In this document: in pieces, positions 53,620 through 64,000 of the stretch
Numbering within the stretch: position 1 is the stretch's first letter
How the letters are laid out: the number at the start of each line of letters is the position of its first letter
Assembly: GCF_021869535.1 (NCBI RefSeq)
Contig: NW_026262679.1
Location: 52,390,001-52,454,000, forward strand
Source of the DNA: Mytilus californianus
Taxonomy: Eukaryota
Length of the DNA stretch: 64,000 bases
Direction of reading: 5' to 3'
Program-made: the position numbers and the translations under genes
Notes under the pieces: generated by a model
Database searches by the model: none
The model's input: the letters and a program-made list of their open reading frames with translations, nothing else
Told to the model about the DNA's origin: nothing

Positions 53620-56130
53620 TTAAAAAGAGCTTTTAGGTCCAAAATAAAATCCGTACAGTATTGTCAAATACAGTTACGGTTATCTATTCCAGGGATAGAC
53701 AAATGATACATCTTCATGGAATAAGATTAAATATCTTTATATCTGGTTTAATTATTTTCCTTCATTGATAAAGAAAATCTTTAAATGATTCAAACCTGCA
53801 TATCAGTCTTTTTTATATAACTACGTATAGTGATTTTGTGTCATAAATTGATTCACACTATCCTTTTTTATTCTATTTAAAAAAAAATCCAAAATAACAA
53901 AATCTCAAAGTGATCATGTAAAAGCTATAACAAGTCGTTTTTATCTATTATTGTGTCGTTTCCATGAACAGGCAAAAACAATAATTGGATTTTATATCAT
54001 TTTAACATATTTCACAAAACAAGAGTGAAATAAGAGCATATATGATATTAAACATCAATCAGGATAATGGATACTTAATTGTTCAAAAATAGCTTGAAGT
54101 ATTATTGATGAACGAATGGATTTTTTCTAAAAAAAGAAATCTTCTAAAAGGGATGCGCTTAAATAGAATGCACTTTGTTAGTAAATGGACACATTTCAAC
54201 GTAATACTATGATTTCTCTATTGTGCATATAATTACATCATTTTTATTTTATCGACCTTTGAAATAAATAAGACCAGGATGAACAGTTGCGTATACATTT
54301 AACAATTGTCGTTAACCTCAACAAACATTTTGATACAATTGGCAATCAGAATCAGGTAAAGGTCAATGGCTTCCTGTCAAGAATGTGTGACTTAGAAAGG
54401 TGGACAAAAAGTAATGTTGATCCGTTTTGGACGATAACTTAAACATTGAATGAACGCATTTATACAACTGAAAATAATTAAATACCACGAACAAAATTTT
54501 GCATTACTTTGTATTCGTACGTTGCCAGATTTCGGAAAAGAAAATGAAAATCCTAAAACCTGAAAATCATTTTTGCTTATTTTATGTCAATCATGACAAT
54601 AACATGAAATATAGTCTGATTCGTTTTTAAAAACATTATTCATGCTTTTTGTATACTTTTACAAAATTCAAACTGAAAATTCGAAAAAAGTCCAGTATTT
54701 TACTTTATGAAAAAAGAAATTCTCTCTTTAAAGAAATACAACGTGACTTTTCAACTATTGCATTCGTTTATTCGGCCAGCTGAAGCCCGACTCAGGGTGG
54801 GGGTTTTCTCGCTGTGTTAAAGACCCATTAATGGCCTTCGGCTGTTTTCTGCTCTTCGGTCGGGTTGTTGTCACTTTGACACATTCCTCATTTCCATTCT
54901 CAATTTTATTTAGTATTATACATTTGGCCATGTAGTTTCTCAAGTATTCAATTATTTATACATTCTTGGATTTCAAATTTTGGAGTTTAAGCGATCCTTG
55001 AAAGCGCTTCAAACTCATCGAATTTATAATTGTTGTATATTCATTTTCAAGCAGTACTGCTAGCCCTCCAGGGTGACATCAGTGCGGTACGTAGTCAGTG
55101 CCTCTACACCGACATGATTCATAACAAACCTTTCTGAATTTTTTCGGGGGTAATTTATAAATGATATACAGTTCCGACTCCCTCAAGCAAAATCGATCTT
55201 GGCTGATTCGGCTATTCTTTTTATGTACTTTTTGGGCATATAGTTCCTCAAGTATTGGTTTCCGAACGCGCCAAATTTAATTTTTGTTTAAACATATTTT
55301 TATTTGACAACATGACACATAAAGTATGATTGCATTATTATCTAATATTTTATTTTTGCATTTGTTTTTAATGGTATAGTTGTTTCAAAAGCATAAGTTA
55401 TGATATAAAGCTATATGGACCTTTTGACAGTGAAGCAGGGGGCAGTTGACCACACCTCCAAAACTTTGGATGCTATAACTGCAACATTGCTTGTAAAAAA
55501 AGTTTTAAAAAGGCGTGACTTATTTCTCAAGTCATCTTCCCAACCCCTATCATACTCAACTGTTATATCCGCCGCTTGCGAATATAATAGAGGACATATT
55601 GATATATGAAAAAAGTTTTTATACTACAGTTACCTCTATAATTATGAACTTAGTAGAATTAAAAGCAACAGAAATTAACAGAAAGGAAAAAGACATAATC
55701 AGCATAACGGCATCGATCAAAATATTGTTAAAACCGCTAAAGCTTACTCTGACAAGTGTCATCGATCAAAATATTGTAAAAATATATTGAAAGCCTCTTC
55801 TGTCAATAACAAAAACGTACTACAGGTTAATACTACCATTGCTGATATCTGAAGTTTGATCTCCGATAGTGGTTAAATCTGTCTATTCTCAACAACGATT
55901 GAAGTCACTAAATATTCCGGAATTTATTCAAGGCTTTTGTTATGTTAATTTCATTGCCTGTGGTTTTTATTCGCCAAAATACCTTTCATCATTTGTGTAA
56001 AACTATAATTTAGGGGAATTAGTATCTTTGATCACAAAGATATAAAAAATACAAGTCAAATCGGATGTGAAAAAGACATGAGTTAAAAAAAGAAGATAAT
56101 ACATTCTAGGTTGTATCAATAAATTTTAAA

Positions 56131-56472
56131 AAGGAGATGTGGTATGATTGCCAATGCGACAACTATCCACCAAAGACCAAAGGAGATGAGGTATGATTGG
56201 CAATGAGACAGCTATCCACCAAAGACCAAAGGAGATGTGGTATGATTGGCAATGCGATAACTATCCACCAAAGACCAAAGGAGATGAGGTATGATTGGCA
56301 ATGAGACAGCTATCCACCAAAGACCAAAGGAGATGTGGTATGATTGCCAATGCGATAACTATCCACCAAAGACCAAAGGAGGTGAGGTATGATTGGCAAT
56401 GCGACAGCTATCCACCAAAGACCAAAGGAGATGCTGTATGATTTGCAATGAGACAGCTATCCACCAAAGACC
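56131..56472. repeat. 49-bp minisatellite, 7 copies
   Basis: Unit AAGGAGATG(T/A)GGTATGATTG(C/G)CAATG(C/A)GA(C/T)A(A/G)CTATCCACCAAAGACCA, derived from the constant end of the ~350-bp repeat family. Confidence 0.95.
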
Positions 56473-57493
56473 ACATGGAAAGGATGTGTTGGGAATTGAT
56501 ATAAGCCAGGTGTTACCAGATGTGCTTCCGAAGAATATTGATGCTTGCCTTCTTTATTTATCATCATATCGGTCAGTAACAAGATATTCAGATCCGTGGG
56601 AATTCGTGTACTCATTTGTGATTTGTTACGAAAAATTCGGAATAAGACTAAAACCGGAAAAATTGAATCGCTCGCCATGTTTCTGAAGGCGTTTCAGGAC
56701 CACAGTCATGTATTAACCAAAATCGAGTCTTTTATGAAGGTAGCTAATTAATTAATATTTTCAATCATGTTAATACGGTATTTGTAACTTATGATATCGT
56801 TTTCCCTGTGCATGACATGTGTTTCCAGAATAACCTTCGTCTGATTCCTAATGCAAAACATTTATATAACGTTTGAAAACATAAAAACCAAAAACTTTTT
56901 GAATACAGGAGTTTTAAACTTTAATATTGAAAAGTTCTGTCATTTAGAGAGTACAATATGTATCTAGAATATTCAGCATCACTTAAACAAATCAGATACA
57001 GTTTCCATCAAAACATGCAAATTGGCCGCGGAAAGCATCAGTACAATAATTCATTTGGTTCATTCTCTCTGGTCATTTTGTCTACCACGTCATCAACTTT
57101 TATACACATGTAGATGGTTCATGTTAAATGTTTTTGTGCGATAATAATAGATGAAAGAACATTAAGGCAGCAATAGGTAATCAAACATCGAAGTCAATCA
57201 AACAATGCCATAACCAAAAGAGAAATAAAAATAAGAAAAACAATTGATAAAATGTTAATATGGTCTTATGAAAAAACATTTTTTTTTCAACACATTTCTT
57301 TTCCGCTGCAAACATTAGATGCAATAGTAAAATTATGCGTTTCTTTCGTGTGGTATATATCTCAATTATTTACTAACATGTTGTTTAATAGAAACAAATG
57401 TGTTAAGAGTATATTTTTGACACAATTCACAAGCTCTTTTCTTCCTTGTAATTCTGGGGGAAAGAGTTATTTTAGAATGCTTATGGTACTTAC

Positions 57494-57634
57494 CAAAAAC
57501 GTATGCTGAATGGTCAAAATACTGTTCAACGGCATCAAAGTGTTTCGCTACGGTTCGTTTATTCTTTCCAGTTCCTGATGAGTATCTTTCTACCCAGTGA
57601 ACACTGGCGTAACCATGGAAACGAAGCCGTATTC
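57494..57634 (-). CDS. ARRDC: Alpha-arrestin exon (first half of arrestin-N domain)
   Basis: ttgcag|GA ... TTT G|gtaagt, 141 nt, phase 1/1. Encodes (G)IRLRFHGYASVHWVERYSSGTGKNKRTVAKHFDAVEQYFDHSAYVF(G), the typical GxRLxFxGxAxVHWxE...ExYF segment. The donor phase matches the acceptor at 13360 (G|GT). Confidence 0.9.
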
Positions 57635-57967
57635 CTGCAATTAAAGGTACAAGGAGATTGTTAATCAGTCCAATAACAGAAAGACATTTTACAGATTTGT
57701 AATACAAGAAATATAAATGAAAAGAAGATGTGGGGCACACGCCAATGAGACAGTAACCCAACGACGAAAATAAAAACACTAAAAAGATTTCTAGAGGACA
57801 ACTCGCACTCTATAACAGTAGACATACGTGTACACATTATGTCTAGTTCGAAATTGTCCCTAGTCTATAAAGTGCATAAACCAAACAAAACAATCAAACA
57901 TCTGCCATCAACAGATTTTCCGATAGACGACTTCCCAAATTCAATTTTATGAATGAACTGTCCCGGT

Positions 57968-58052
57968 TGACCTGGGGTCATTTTGGGAAAACGCGTCATA
58001 GGACATTGTGACGTGAAGATATTTGCTTTGTGACGTCAAATTTTTCCGGGAA
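57968..58052. promoter_or_regulatory. Cluster of transcription-factor-like motifs upstream of the arrestin-N exon
   Basis: TGACCTGGGGTCA (paired nuclear-receptor half-sites, 57968-57980), TGACGTGA (58009-58016), perfect CRE TGACGTCA (58031-58038) and STAT-type TTCCGGGAA (58044-58052) within 85 bp. Motif match only. Confidence 0.3.
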
Positions 58053-58984
58053 AATGCATTAATTGGAAGATCGTATATTAAGAACAAACAATTAAGATAT
58101 GACATAGAATAAGATATTTAGGACTTGGCACATGCCCATGCATTTGTGGTGGATTTAATTTTTGTCTTTTTTAGATTTCAAGCTTCCCTTTTTTATATTA
58201 ATTCCGATTAGTGGACTAACAAGACGTACACAAATGAACGCCAATAGAAATCAATGCAGAAAAAGCACTTTACACTAATATAACGGAATACTAGATTACA
58301 ATGCCTATCTTAACTGTGAGTGCACGTATGTTATCAGGTTTTAAATAAAAAAAATCCATTCACAAAGACAAAACGTTATAGTGCTATCTCACGCAATCGT
58401 ATATCAATGTTATGTTTGAAACACCATACTAAATTATTGAAATTAGGTGTTGATGATATTCAACTTTTTGTACTTTTTTTATTTTTATATCTGGTTTTTG
58501 AAAAAAAAAAGAATTACTTAATAAGGAACCACACAGATTGAAAAAAATATGAAGAAAAAAAAGGTATTGTTGTTAATCATTAATTGATTACGTCGTTTGA
58601 AAAAAGGCAGATTATACAAAAAGGGCGTAGAAAATAGAAGAAAAAAAAAACATCGACCAAAAAGGAAAACGATGAAAAGACATACAATAGTCTACTACAA
58701 TGATATGCAGACAACTAGACCGGGCTGATCTCCGGAAGTTCCGGAAGTGTCAGCAGATCCTGCTCTACTACTGGTATCTGTAGTGTTTATGTGGCAAATG
58801 GAATGTATCTGATACACCTGCGATCATCCCTGGTTTTTACGAGGTTCGTGTTGCTCAGTCTTTTGTTTTATATGTTGTGTTTTAGGACGTGTTTGTTTTT
58901 TCGTCGTTTTTCCTTTATTGCAAGACATTTTCAGAACGTATTACTAGTAACTTTGAATCTTTCCTTGGTATACTCCTTCTCTTT

Positions 58985-59135
58985 TTTTCTCTCAAGATAC
59001 AAGTCAAGAGATGAGTCAGACTTATCGGTATCTGTGGTATCAATTATTCCAAGTTCAATGGAAAAGATGAGTTCAACTTAGTCGGATAAACTTTGAATTG
59101 ATAAGGGAGAGGATATCATTTATACAGCGGAACGT
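58985..59135 (-). mobile_element. Short degenerate Penelope-like RT fragment
   Basis: The minus strand gives DILSLINSKF... and SIELGIIDTTDTDKSDSSLDLYLE, matching DVLSLNNSKF and PIELDIKDTTDTAKSASYLDLNLE in ORF 194-709. Confidence 0.7.
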
Positions 59136-59475
59136 TATGTTAAGGGATCTTTTCATTTTTCCTGAGAAGAACATGATTTATTCCAGGGATGTTATTCTAA
59201 AAATGAAAAAATACATCTTAGATCTCTACTTTAATTTTAACCTCCGCTATATAAATTAGGTTCTTTGTTTTAATGATAATATTTTTTTTTAAATTATATT
59301 ATGTAATCTACAAAATGATCTTATCTAATTTGGAATCACTCTACTGAAACAGCAAAGTCTGCTTCATACACGGAATTGTAACTATTAATAGCTACAAAGG
59401 ATGTTTGATAAAAAAAAATACATGTTCGCCTCTCAAGATCTTGTGTCCAACTAATCTTTAGTTATCTGTATAATG

Positions 59476-59806
59476 TTTTTATGGACTGGTATCTGTCTCT
59501 ATAGTGTTTTTATGGACTGGTATCTGTCTGTATAGTGTTTTTATGGGCTGGTATCTGTCTGTATAGTGTTTTTATGGACTGGTATCTGTCTGTATAGTGT
59601 TTTATGGACTGGTATCTGTCTGTATAGTGTTTTTATGGACTGATATCTGTCTGTATAGTGTTTTTATGGACTGGTATCTGTCTGTATAGTGTTTTATGGA
59701 CTGGTATCTGTCTGTATAGTGTTTTTATGGACTGGTATCTCTCTGTATAGTGTTTTATGGACTGGTATCTGTCTGTATAGTGTTTTTATGAACTGGTATC
59801 TGTCTT
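59476..59806. repeat. 30-31 bp minisatellite, about 11 copies
   Basis: Unit TTTT(T)ATGGACTGGTATCTGTCTGTATAGTG. Confidence 0.95.
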
Positions 59807-61493
59807 TTTGTCGTTTTCCTTTAGGTAATGGTTTATGTCAGTAGTTATTGGACTTACATTTTCGACTACCCCTTGATCTCTTCTCCCTCTTTTTGCCACT
59901 GTTGAAATTACAAAATGGCTGATCGTTCAGGCAGATATATTTATCAATACCTTAAATGCCTTACATATTTAATTACTAATTTTGACCAAAACCACATTTT
60001 ACTGATTACCGGCTTCAAACACTGAACATTACGACATAAATGCGATGAAGAATAAATTTATTCTACCGAATCACTAAATATCAACCCCTGTTTTTGTGGG
60101 ATTTTTTTTTATAGTTCTGTACATTTTTACTGTTGATTTTGGTTTGATTTGACTAGTTTGTCCTGTGATATTAATTTTTTTTACCCTATCCCTTCTAGTT
60201 GGTTTCATATTTACAACACATTTGTCACATGTGAAGCATGATCTGCTTACCCTTCCGGAGCACCTGAGACCTCCACGGTTTTTGGTGGGGTTTGTGTTTC
60301 TTAGTCTTTAGTTTTCTATGTTGTGTTTGGTGTACTATTGTTTGTCTTTTGGTATTTTCTTTTTTTTGCCATGGTGTTGTCATTTTTTTTTTGACTTATG
60401 AGTTTTAATGTCCATTTTCTATCTTTCGCTTCTCTTTTACAAAATATAAATACACTTAAAATATAAGCGCTTTTCTAGATTTACTTCATTAGGAACGTCC
60501 AAACCCAAAAAATTGAAAGCAAATGATATTATATGAATACGTCAGGGGCTATATAACCAACAGAGCCCGTTAAAGAATTAAATAATGTCAGTAATGTCTA
60601 CTCTGCTAAAGAAAATTCCAACCTTAGGCATGGACCATTTGACTTTCTGGGGGAGGGGGGGGGGGGGGGCTTTGTTTTTTTTGTCAAGCCAGATTTTTTT
60701 TTCATCATGCAAACCGAGCAAGAATATTTTTTTTCATTTTTTTTTCATCATGCTAACCGAGCAAGAATATTTTTTTTCAGTCAATCCAAAGCAAGAATAT
60801 TTTCATCAAATACATCATACATGTCATACTTGCTGAAGATGAAGCCAGAATGTTTTTTTTTAGCAACTGAATAGGCCAGATTATTTTTTTTCACTTACTA
60901 ATATTTGATGATAATAACTACTAATTAAGTATTTTAAGTATACAGCGGACGACAAGTTGGGTAATTTATTCTATTTCCTTATTTGCCTTTTGAGTGTAAA
61001 AAAGTAAACAGTTGGCCAATTGATATTCATTTTTTTCATATTTACAAATGAATTGCAAAAAAGTAAACATTATCAAAGCTATTCATATTGTTTATACATA
61101 AAGCTTAATAACAAAATTAGCTGTTCCCTGTTTGACAATCATGTGGTTTTTAATTGGTTATTTGTATAACGAATAGGTTATGGTTTTCTGTATGACGCCT
61201 AACGTTTTCCCTGATTAATAAATCCTTCTTTTCAAATAAAAAAAGATTGAAAAATTTCATTGACAGGACATCCCTGTTAGATTATAGTTTACTGAACAAA
61301 CAAGAAAAGTGTTCAGTAAATAACAATCGATTTATAGTTGTACATTCTGTCATCTCGATATATACAACACTCCAAGGGTCGACTAGGGTATAGAGATATG
61401 TTTATCTCTGGATTTCTCACGTCGGGAAGTTAAGGTCAAGTTACAGTAAACGGGCTATGTCAAGGACTTTCTTAAAATTTTGCATACACCTTT

Positions 61494-62190
61494 GGCTCGT
61501 TGAACTGTATCTGAAAATCGAAAAAATAATGCCTTTATCTCTCTTTTTTCCCCTGAAATATTACTGATTAAATTCTTTCAAAATAGGTGCCCATTTGTAT
61601 AGAAAGCACATGAAATCGGCCAAAAACGTTCTTAAATTTGTCCTTAAATCATCAAATTTTCAATTTTTACTACATAGATTTTTCTTAAAAAACTACATGT
61701 TGTTGGTACAAAAGTTTCCGTTTTAATGATGTAAAATAATGATAAGTTCACCGACTTCGTTTTTACTGTAAACATCAATCAAAGTGGTGTACTAGATGAA
61801 AAAATACCAAAAAAAAAAACGTCGAAATAATCGTAACGTCATCGCGTTGTAGACCGTAAAACGTCGAATTTTGACCTTCTTTACTTCCTGCAAGGTAACG
61901 GATTGGTTAATACACAAAAAACGAAGTCGGTGACCATATGATTATTTTATTAAAACGGAAATTTATGTGTCAACAACATATAATTTTTAAGAAAAATCTA
62001 TATACTAGTTACTGTAGTAAAAATTGAAAATTTGCTGATTTTAAGGTAAATTTATGAACGTTTTTCGTCGATTTCATGTGCTTCCTTTAAAAATGTTCAC
62101 CTATTTTGAAAGAATTCAATCAGTAATATTTCAGAAAATAAAAGAGATAAGGTATTATTTTTTCGATTTTCATATATAATGCAACGAGCC
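61494..62190. mobile_element. ~700-bp foldback MITE
   Basis: Termini GGCTCGTTG / CAACGAGCC. The arms stay complementary for roughly 270 bp (e.g. CTGAAATATTACTGATTAAATTCTTTCAAAATAGGTG versus CACCTATTTTGAAAGAATTCAATCAGTAATATTTCAG). A left-half relative lies at ~36825-37060. Confidence 0.8.
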
Positions 62191-62496
62191 CAAGTTACAA
62201 GCAAAATTTTACCATAATCTGTGACAAAGCCAATCTACTGTTTACTTGACCTTAAACCCATGCTAAAGTACGGCTTCCGGTAAGAATTGAACGTTAAATT
62301 CGATGTCACGTGTAGGAAGAATGCTACGCTCTGTGAACGTTAAGAAAGCCGTCCCAGTGGACAGTAGGTGGCCTGTTCCACGTCAAAAAGTTCTTCCCCC
62401 TTTCAACATACATTCAATTTCAAGTGGCAATTTCCCTTCATCCCGGTCGATCTATCTAGCAGAATATAACTATCGTATTTACTGTTAATTTGTCCT

Positions 62497-63240
62497 TAAT
62501 AATAATAATAATTATAATAATATCTTTATTTAGAGAGAGTAACTCATTTGGATTATACCAATTTTCAATAAGGCTCTCTTAGTACAATAATAATTACATT
62601 AAAAATAAACAATACATATTCAATAATAATGATAAATAAAGATGTAATACAATTTAAATACAATAAACAATTATTATATATGGCATTACAGTACAAATAT
62701 CATGGAAATGTTAAAAGTACATAGATTTGTAGTTATGTTTAAATTCTAATACTGTGTTTGATTTTTTAATTGAATTAGGAAGAGCATTCCATACTTTTGG
62801 TCCATTGTACGAGAAACTAGACTTATACAACTCTGTATTTGGTTTTGGAATTATAAAATTATCTGAGGACGAAAATCTCGTATTGTATTTTTGGTTTGCA
62901 GAAGCTGATAAAATAAGACTGGACATATATTCTGGAGCTAAGCCATGTTTTGCCTTATACATTAGTAATGATTTATGATAATGTATTCTTTGTGTAATCG
63001 GCACAATGTTACATTCGTGAAATAATTCGCTTGAAGGTTTGGTGTAATCATGTTCGTCTAAAATTATTCTTGCTGCCCTCTTTGCAGTTTTAGTAAACTA
63101 TCTAATAGAAAGTTATTACAGTTTCCCCATATTGAACAACAATAATTTAAGTGAGGTAAAACGTAAGCGTTATAGAACATGTGTCTGGCTTTGTGATTTA
63201 AATATTTCTTTATCCTTTTTAGTAAAGCTAAAAGGGATAA
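62497..63240 (-). mobile_element. 5'-truncated non-LTR retrotransposon 3' end (CR1/L2-like clade)
   Basis: Post-RT peptides LALLKRIKKYLNHKARHMFYNAYVLPHLNYCCSIWG and HKSLLMYKAKHGLAPEYM...PKPNTELYKSSFSYNGPKVWNALP, joined across a -1 frameshift near 63075. They are followed by a 3' UTR, AATAAA and a (TTA)n tail at 62497-62520. Confidence 0.9.
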
Positions 63241-64000
63241 AGAAATATTATCCTGAATATGCATGAAATATGTGCCACTGGAGGTACACAAGCAATAATC
63301 AATCAATTATGCAATCAATCTCGATACACAAAATATTCCATAAACTTTTTCGTATGAAAAACTAGGTTGATTTTCCCAGAGTAAGGAGGAATTCTCTTTT
63401 TATTTGCTAAATTTGAGAAAAGTGTCATGTTTTTTTTTTTTTTGTATTTGATAGTAAGAAGTATTTTCCAATTAAAGCATGTTAAATGATCAAACTGCCT
63501 TTTGTTTAAAAGGCAATAGATATACTAGATTTAAGCGGAGACGGATATGGAAGCTACTGTGGCTCTTTCCTGCGCAGATATTATACCATAAAGTGAAACT
63601 CTTTTAAAGACCAGGTATATTATAATCTTTGAGATTCACACAATTTTGATTTACTGACATGTGTATGTATCATACCTATATGTATTTACGCATGACCTGA
63701 TTTTAGGTTCTCAAATTTTTATCATTTTGTCGGACAGAACTCAGTTTGTTTTAGCATGTTAAAACCTCACATTATTTTAACTTTAACCAATTCAACGCTG
63801 TAATTAGATCTTTGAATATTGTTTTTATTGGTATAAATATTGATTTTGTTATCAGTAAACTAAAATTATACTAATAGTTTTGTTATACACATATGCACTT
63901 TAACGGTACTACAATCTGTCGATCCTTTATTTTGGCATTGCACATGGTCATGTTTTTTCTCTGATTGTTAATGACGTCTATACACTGGATGTTGGGTGTA

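Larger units (their letters stand above)
34200..54090. repeat. Four-copy tandem amplification of a 3-6 kb unit (A ~34200-40020, B ~40025-43840, C 43842-48657, D 48658-~54090)
   Basis: The same ordered blocks recur in all four copies (e.g. GTTTTGTTCTGGTAAA, ACAAACACAGACATT, GACCTTCAATTCAATAAAAG, GTGCTACAGGAACTATTCATCCTTC, GATTTTGAAGCT). 38960-39330 matches 53710-54090. Confidence 0.9.

Noticed and set aside
57570-57600. CTGATGAG at ~57575 as a hammerhead
   Set aside because: It is the antisense of arrestin coding sequence and lacks the GAAA element.
57870-57987. Short ORF MTPGQPGQFIHKIEFGKSSIGKSVDGRCLIVLFG as the arrestin first exon
   Set aside because: Resemblance to arrestin strands 1-2 is vague, the only usable phase-1 donor (g|gtttat) is poor, and the spacing to GIRL is too short.
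1141-60440. Numerous Phe/Val/Leu/Cys-rich 60-100 aa ORFs (e.g. 1141, 22702, 26372, 37717, 58791) as a membrane-peptide family
   Set aside because: All are translations of the T-rich short repeat family, in inconsistent frames between copies.
62220-62470. CpG-richer block with a 61-aa plus ORF as the arrestin first exon or promoter
   Set aside because: No frame resembles arrestin-N, and splice signals do not give a consistent phase-1 exon. Its function cannot be supported from sequence alone.

Overview
AT-rich eukaryotic genomic DNA; the repeat families look bivalve, probably Mytilus-like (recalled, not searched). One protein-coding gene is well supported: a minus-strand alpha-arrestin (arrestin domain-containing) gene with six phase-compatible coding exons (57494-57634, 13137-13360, 8272-8454, 6595-6774, 5222-5414, 3135-3295). 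Its first coding exon was not found in the window, and one intron is about 44.1 kb. That intron holds degenerate Penelope-like RT elements and their short derivatives, a Helentron-type non-autonomous element carrying a ~168-bp satellite, a 954-bp foldback element flanked by a 309-bp direct duplication, a TTAA-flanked MITE with a visible empty site, several minisatellites, and a four-copy tandem amplification of a 3-6 kb unit (about 34.2-54.1 kb). Upstream of the gene are a second foldback MITE and the 3' end of a CR1/L2-type LINE. The most notable observation is that the arrestin frame stays open for 74 codons past its TAA and encodes a basic stretch plus a 24-residue hydrophobic helix, suggesting a membrane-anchored arrestin form. 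Degenerate minimal hammerhead-like motifs occur in several repeat families. No rRNA, tRNA or CRISPR array is supported.
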